Origin: Candidatus Bathyarchaeia archaeon
GTDB taxonomy: Archaea; Thermoproteota; Bathyarchaeia; Bathyarchaeales; Bathycorpusculaceae
Direction: 5' to 3'
Length of the DNA stretch: 64,000 nt
NCBI GenBank assembly: GCA_050010755.1
Contig: JBEKKK010000001.1
Location: 320,001 to 384,000, forward strand
Of the stretch, positions 62,036 to 64,000 are shown piece after piece (position 1 is the stretch's first letter; the number at the start of each line of letters is the position of its first letter). The notes below the pieces were generated by a model. The model did no database searches, was not told the origin of the DNA, and saw only the letters and a list, made by a program, of their open reading frames with translations. The translations under genes and the position numbers were made by a program.

Positions 62036-63073
62036 TCAAGCGACGGTGGGCGTAGGTTCTTGTCTCATCGTCAGTGAGAGGACAGCCATCTTAGCAAAGA
62101 AACTGTCTTCAGCCTGGTCATATACCACTGAGTTCGGTCCTTCCATGACTTCATCTGCTGCCTCTTCGCCTCTGTAGACTGGAAGCACGTGTGTAACAAT
62201 CGCCCGCTTGCTCATGAGCTCATCGACATGCTTCTGCTCAAGCTTCCAGTTCTTGTATTTATCGTGTATTCTGATCTCGTTTTCTGCTCCAAACGCGGTC
62301 AGGCCTATCTTGCCGAGTTTAGAGGTTGCCCAGCTTCGTGGAAAGACTGCATCTGCATCTTTCAGTGCTTCTGTAAAACGATGTTTTTCTTCCAAGCTTC
62401 CGCCGCTTGTGTTAGCATTCTCTCTTGCTGTTTGGATGATTTTGGGGTCGATTTCAAACCCGGGCGGATGGGCTAGAGTGACGTCCATTCCGAACCTCGT
62501 TGCTATTAGCAGCTCTTCCTGTATGCTGCATCTTCCTCTGAGCCTGCTCGAGTAAGCCCATGTGATTGTGTATTTTTTTCCTTTCAAATCTCGAAGTTTT
62601 TTCCTGAGGGTCATGATGTCTCCGATGGCCTGGGTCGGATGGTACGTGCAGCAGGCCAGGTTTATGACCGGAACCTTTGCGGCTCTCGCGAACTGTTCCA
62701 CGATTTTTCTTCCACTGCCGTAAATATAGTCGATGGATTCATCCAACACTCTTACTCCTATGCCGTCGCCAAAGGTGCTGTACATGCGAGCCGCATCTTT
62801 CAGAGTTTCTCCTTTTTCGATTCTCGTGGTTGCAACGTCGATGTATGAGGCGTGGCCCCCAAGCAGTTCCATTCCGGCCTCAAAGGCTGCTCTCGTTCTA
62901 GTTGATGGTGCCCAAAAAAGCATGAAAAAACTTTTTCTTTCCAGAGTCTTGGCCGGAAGCCTACCGTCTTTCCTAATTCTCCTCAGTTTCTCAGCAAGTT
63001 TCATCGTGTCCAGTAATTCATCGATGCTCCAGTCCTGAGTTGTTATCAAGTCCCTTCCAAACAGGCTCGACAC
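62036..63073 (-). CDS. Carbamoyltransferase, knotted YgeW/AOTCase-like
   Basis: STRTR, HPTQ, ITWAYS..RFGMDVTLAHP and HVLP..RGEE motifs. Confidence 0.85.
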   Translation of the reverse strand: MSSLFGRDLITTQDWSIDELLDTMKLAEKLRRIRKDGRLPAKTLERKSFFMLFWAPSTRTRAAFEAGMELLGGHASYIDVATTRIEKGETLKDAARMYSTFGDGIGVRVLDESIDYIYGSGRKIVEQFARAAKVPVINLACCTYHPTQAIGDIMTLRKKLRDLKGKKYTITWAYSSRLRGRCSIQEELLIATRFGMDVTLAHPPGFEIDPKIIQTARENANTSGGSLEEKHRFTEALKDADAVFPRSWATSKLGKIGLTAFGAENEIRIHDKYKNWKLEQKHVDELMSKRAIVTHVLPVYRGEEAADEVMEGPNSVVYDQAEDSFFAKMAVLSLTMRQEPTPTVA

Positions 63074-63195
63074 GAATATCGCCACCAATTGGATAGATTC
63101 CGAAAGCATACTCCTAGTTTTGCCAGATCCGTCAAGTCACGAATATGTTTGATGACTTCACAGAGTCAGAGTATTTTAGTCTTGTTTGAGACGAG

Positions 63196-64000
63196 TCAGA
63201 CCATCTTCTTGTTTATAGATTGAAACTCTCTGATATCGGGATTTATCGTTGGCGCTTTCACAGACTGGGTTATCGCCGCTTCTGGGTCCTTCAGTCCGCT
63301 CCCCGTTATTAGCACGACCACCGTTTCGTCTCCTTTCACGTTACCTAGATTGACGAGTTTCACGAGGCCGGCGAGGGCTGCGACGCCTGTGGGTTCTGCG
63401 AATATTCCTTCGGTTGAGGCTAGGAGGCGCTGTGCATCAAGTATTTCCTTGTCGGAGACCGCTTCAGCCGTTCCGTTCGTTTCTCTCAGCGCAACCAAAG
63501 CAGCGTCTCCGTCCCATGGAAACACATCGGAAAGGCCGCCTGCGATGGTGTTGGGGCGGCCCCACGGTTCTATATCAAACGGGCTTTTGTTCTGCTTGAA
63601 GGCCCTGACCAGAGGCGCGCAACCTTCCGGTTGCACTGCGGCAAGTTTTGCCGCGGACTCTGTAAAGCCGATGTTTCGGAAGTCGTTGAAGCCTTTCCAT
63701 ATTCCAGCAAGGAGACATCCTGAGCCCGTAGGAACCATCACCCAATCCGGCGTGTTCCAGTCGAGCTGCTCGACGATTTCATACGACATCGTCTTTGGGC
63801 CCTCAACCTGGTACGGGTTGAACGGGCCGAAACTGGGGCAAGGGTACCATCCGTATTTCTCGACGACTATCTGCAACATCTGCACGGTTGGGTCCTTCCC
63901 TCTTTCGACGCCTCTCAACCGAGTGACCCTCGTCCCGTAAAGACGGATCTGGGCGAGCTTGACTTCGGGCGCCGATTCCAAGACGAAGGCAAAACACTTC
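63196..64000 (-). CDS. Threonine synthase-like PLP enzyme (5' end outside window)
   Basis: NPYQVEGPKT..YEI, VPTGSG, EGIFAEP and ITGSGLKD motifs. Confidence 0.88.
   Translation of the reverse strand, partial: KCFAFVLESAPEVKLAQIRLYGTRVTRLRGVERGKDPTVQMLQIVVEKYGWYPCPSFGPFNPYQVEGPKTMSYEIVEQLDWNTPDWVMVPTGSGCLLAGIWKGFNDFRNIGFTESAAKLAAVQPEGCAPLVRAFKQNKSPFDIEPWGRPNTIAGGLSDVFPWDGDAALVALRETNGTAEAVSDKEILDAQRLLASTEGIFAEPTGVAALAGLVKLVNLGNVKGDETVVVLITGSGLKDPEAAITQSVKAPTINPDIREFQSINKKMV

Noticed and set aside
2023-63940. Long antisense ORFs in the track (e.g. 2023-2697, 3010-3753, 17421-18047, 42205-42978, 47964-48584, 63350-63940)
   Set aside because: Shadow frames of well-supported genes on the opposite strand.
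1-64000. CRISPR arrays, transposases, integrases, inteins, rRNA genes
   Set aside because: No regular repeat-spacer pattern, no recombinase motifs, no oversized intein-host genes and no rRNA-like sequence seen.

Overview
Archaeal chromosomal window, most consistent with Bathyarchaeia/TACK (inferred from gene content: TFB, Alba, L7Ae, FEN-1, Cdc48, Gar1, GPN GTPase, arcadin-1, TrpB2). It is mostly housekeeping: translation/tRNA modification, purine and pyrimidine synthesis, sucCD, glmS, radical SAM enzymes. A more accessory, partly decayed segment lies at about 56-62 kb. The main finding is the protein-L-isoaspartate methyltransferase (pcm) gene, which is split into two frames by a 32-nt insertion (16551-16582). 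The insertion folds into a bulge-helix-bulge (BHB) motif, and cutting it by the standard tRNA-endonuclease rule restores the conserved SAPHMV motif exactly. It is therefore a candidate BHB intron in an mRNA, a class I know only from cbf5. Other items missing from the ORF track: an intron-containing initiator tRNA-Met, a C/D-box sRNA, rpl40e, a CdrS-like RHH gene, three structured non-coding RNA candidates, two pairs of repeated palindromic operator candidates, and a tRNA 3'-end remnant. There is also an amber-interrupted peroxiredoxin and a frameshifted oxidoreductase. All protein calls come from motif recognition by eye; no database search was run.
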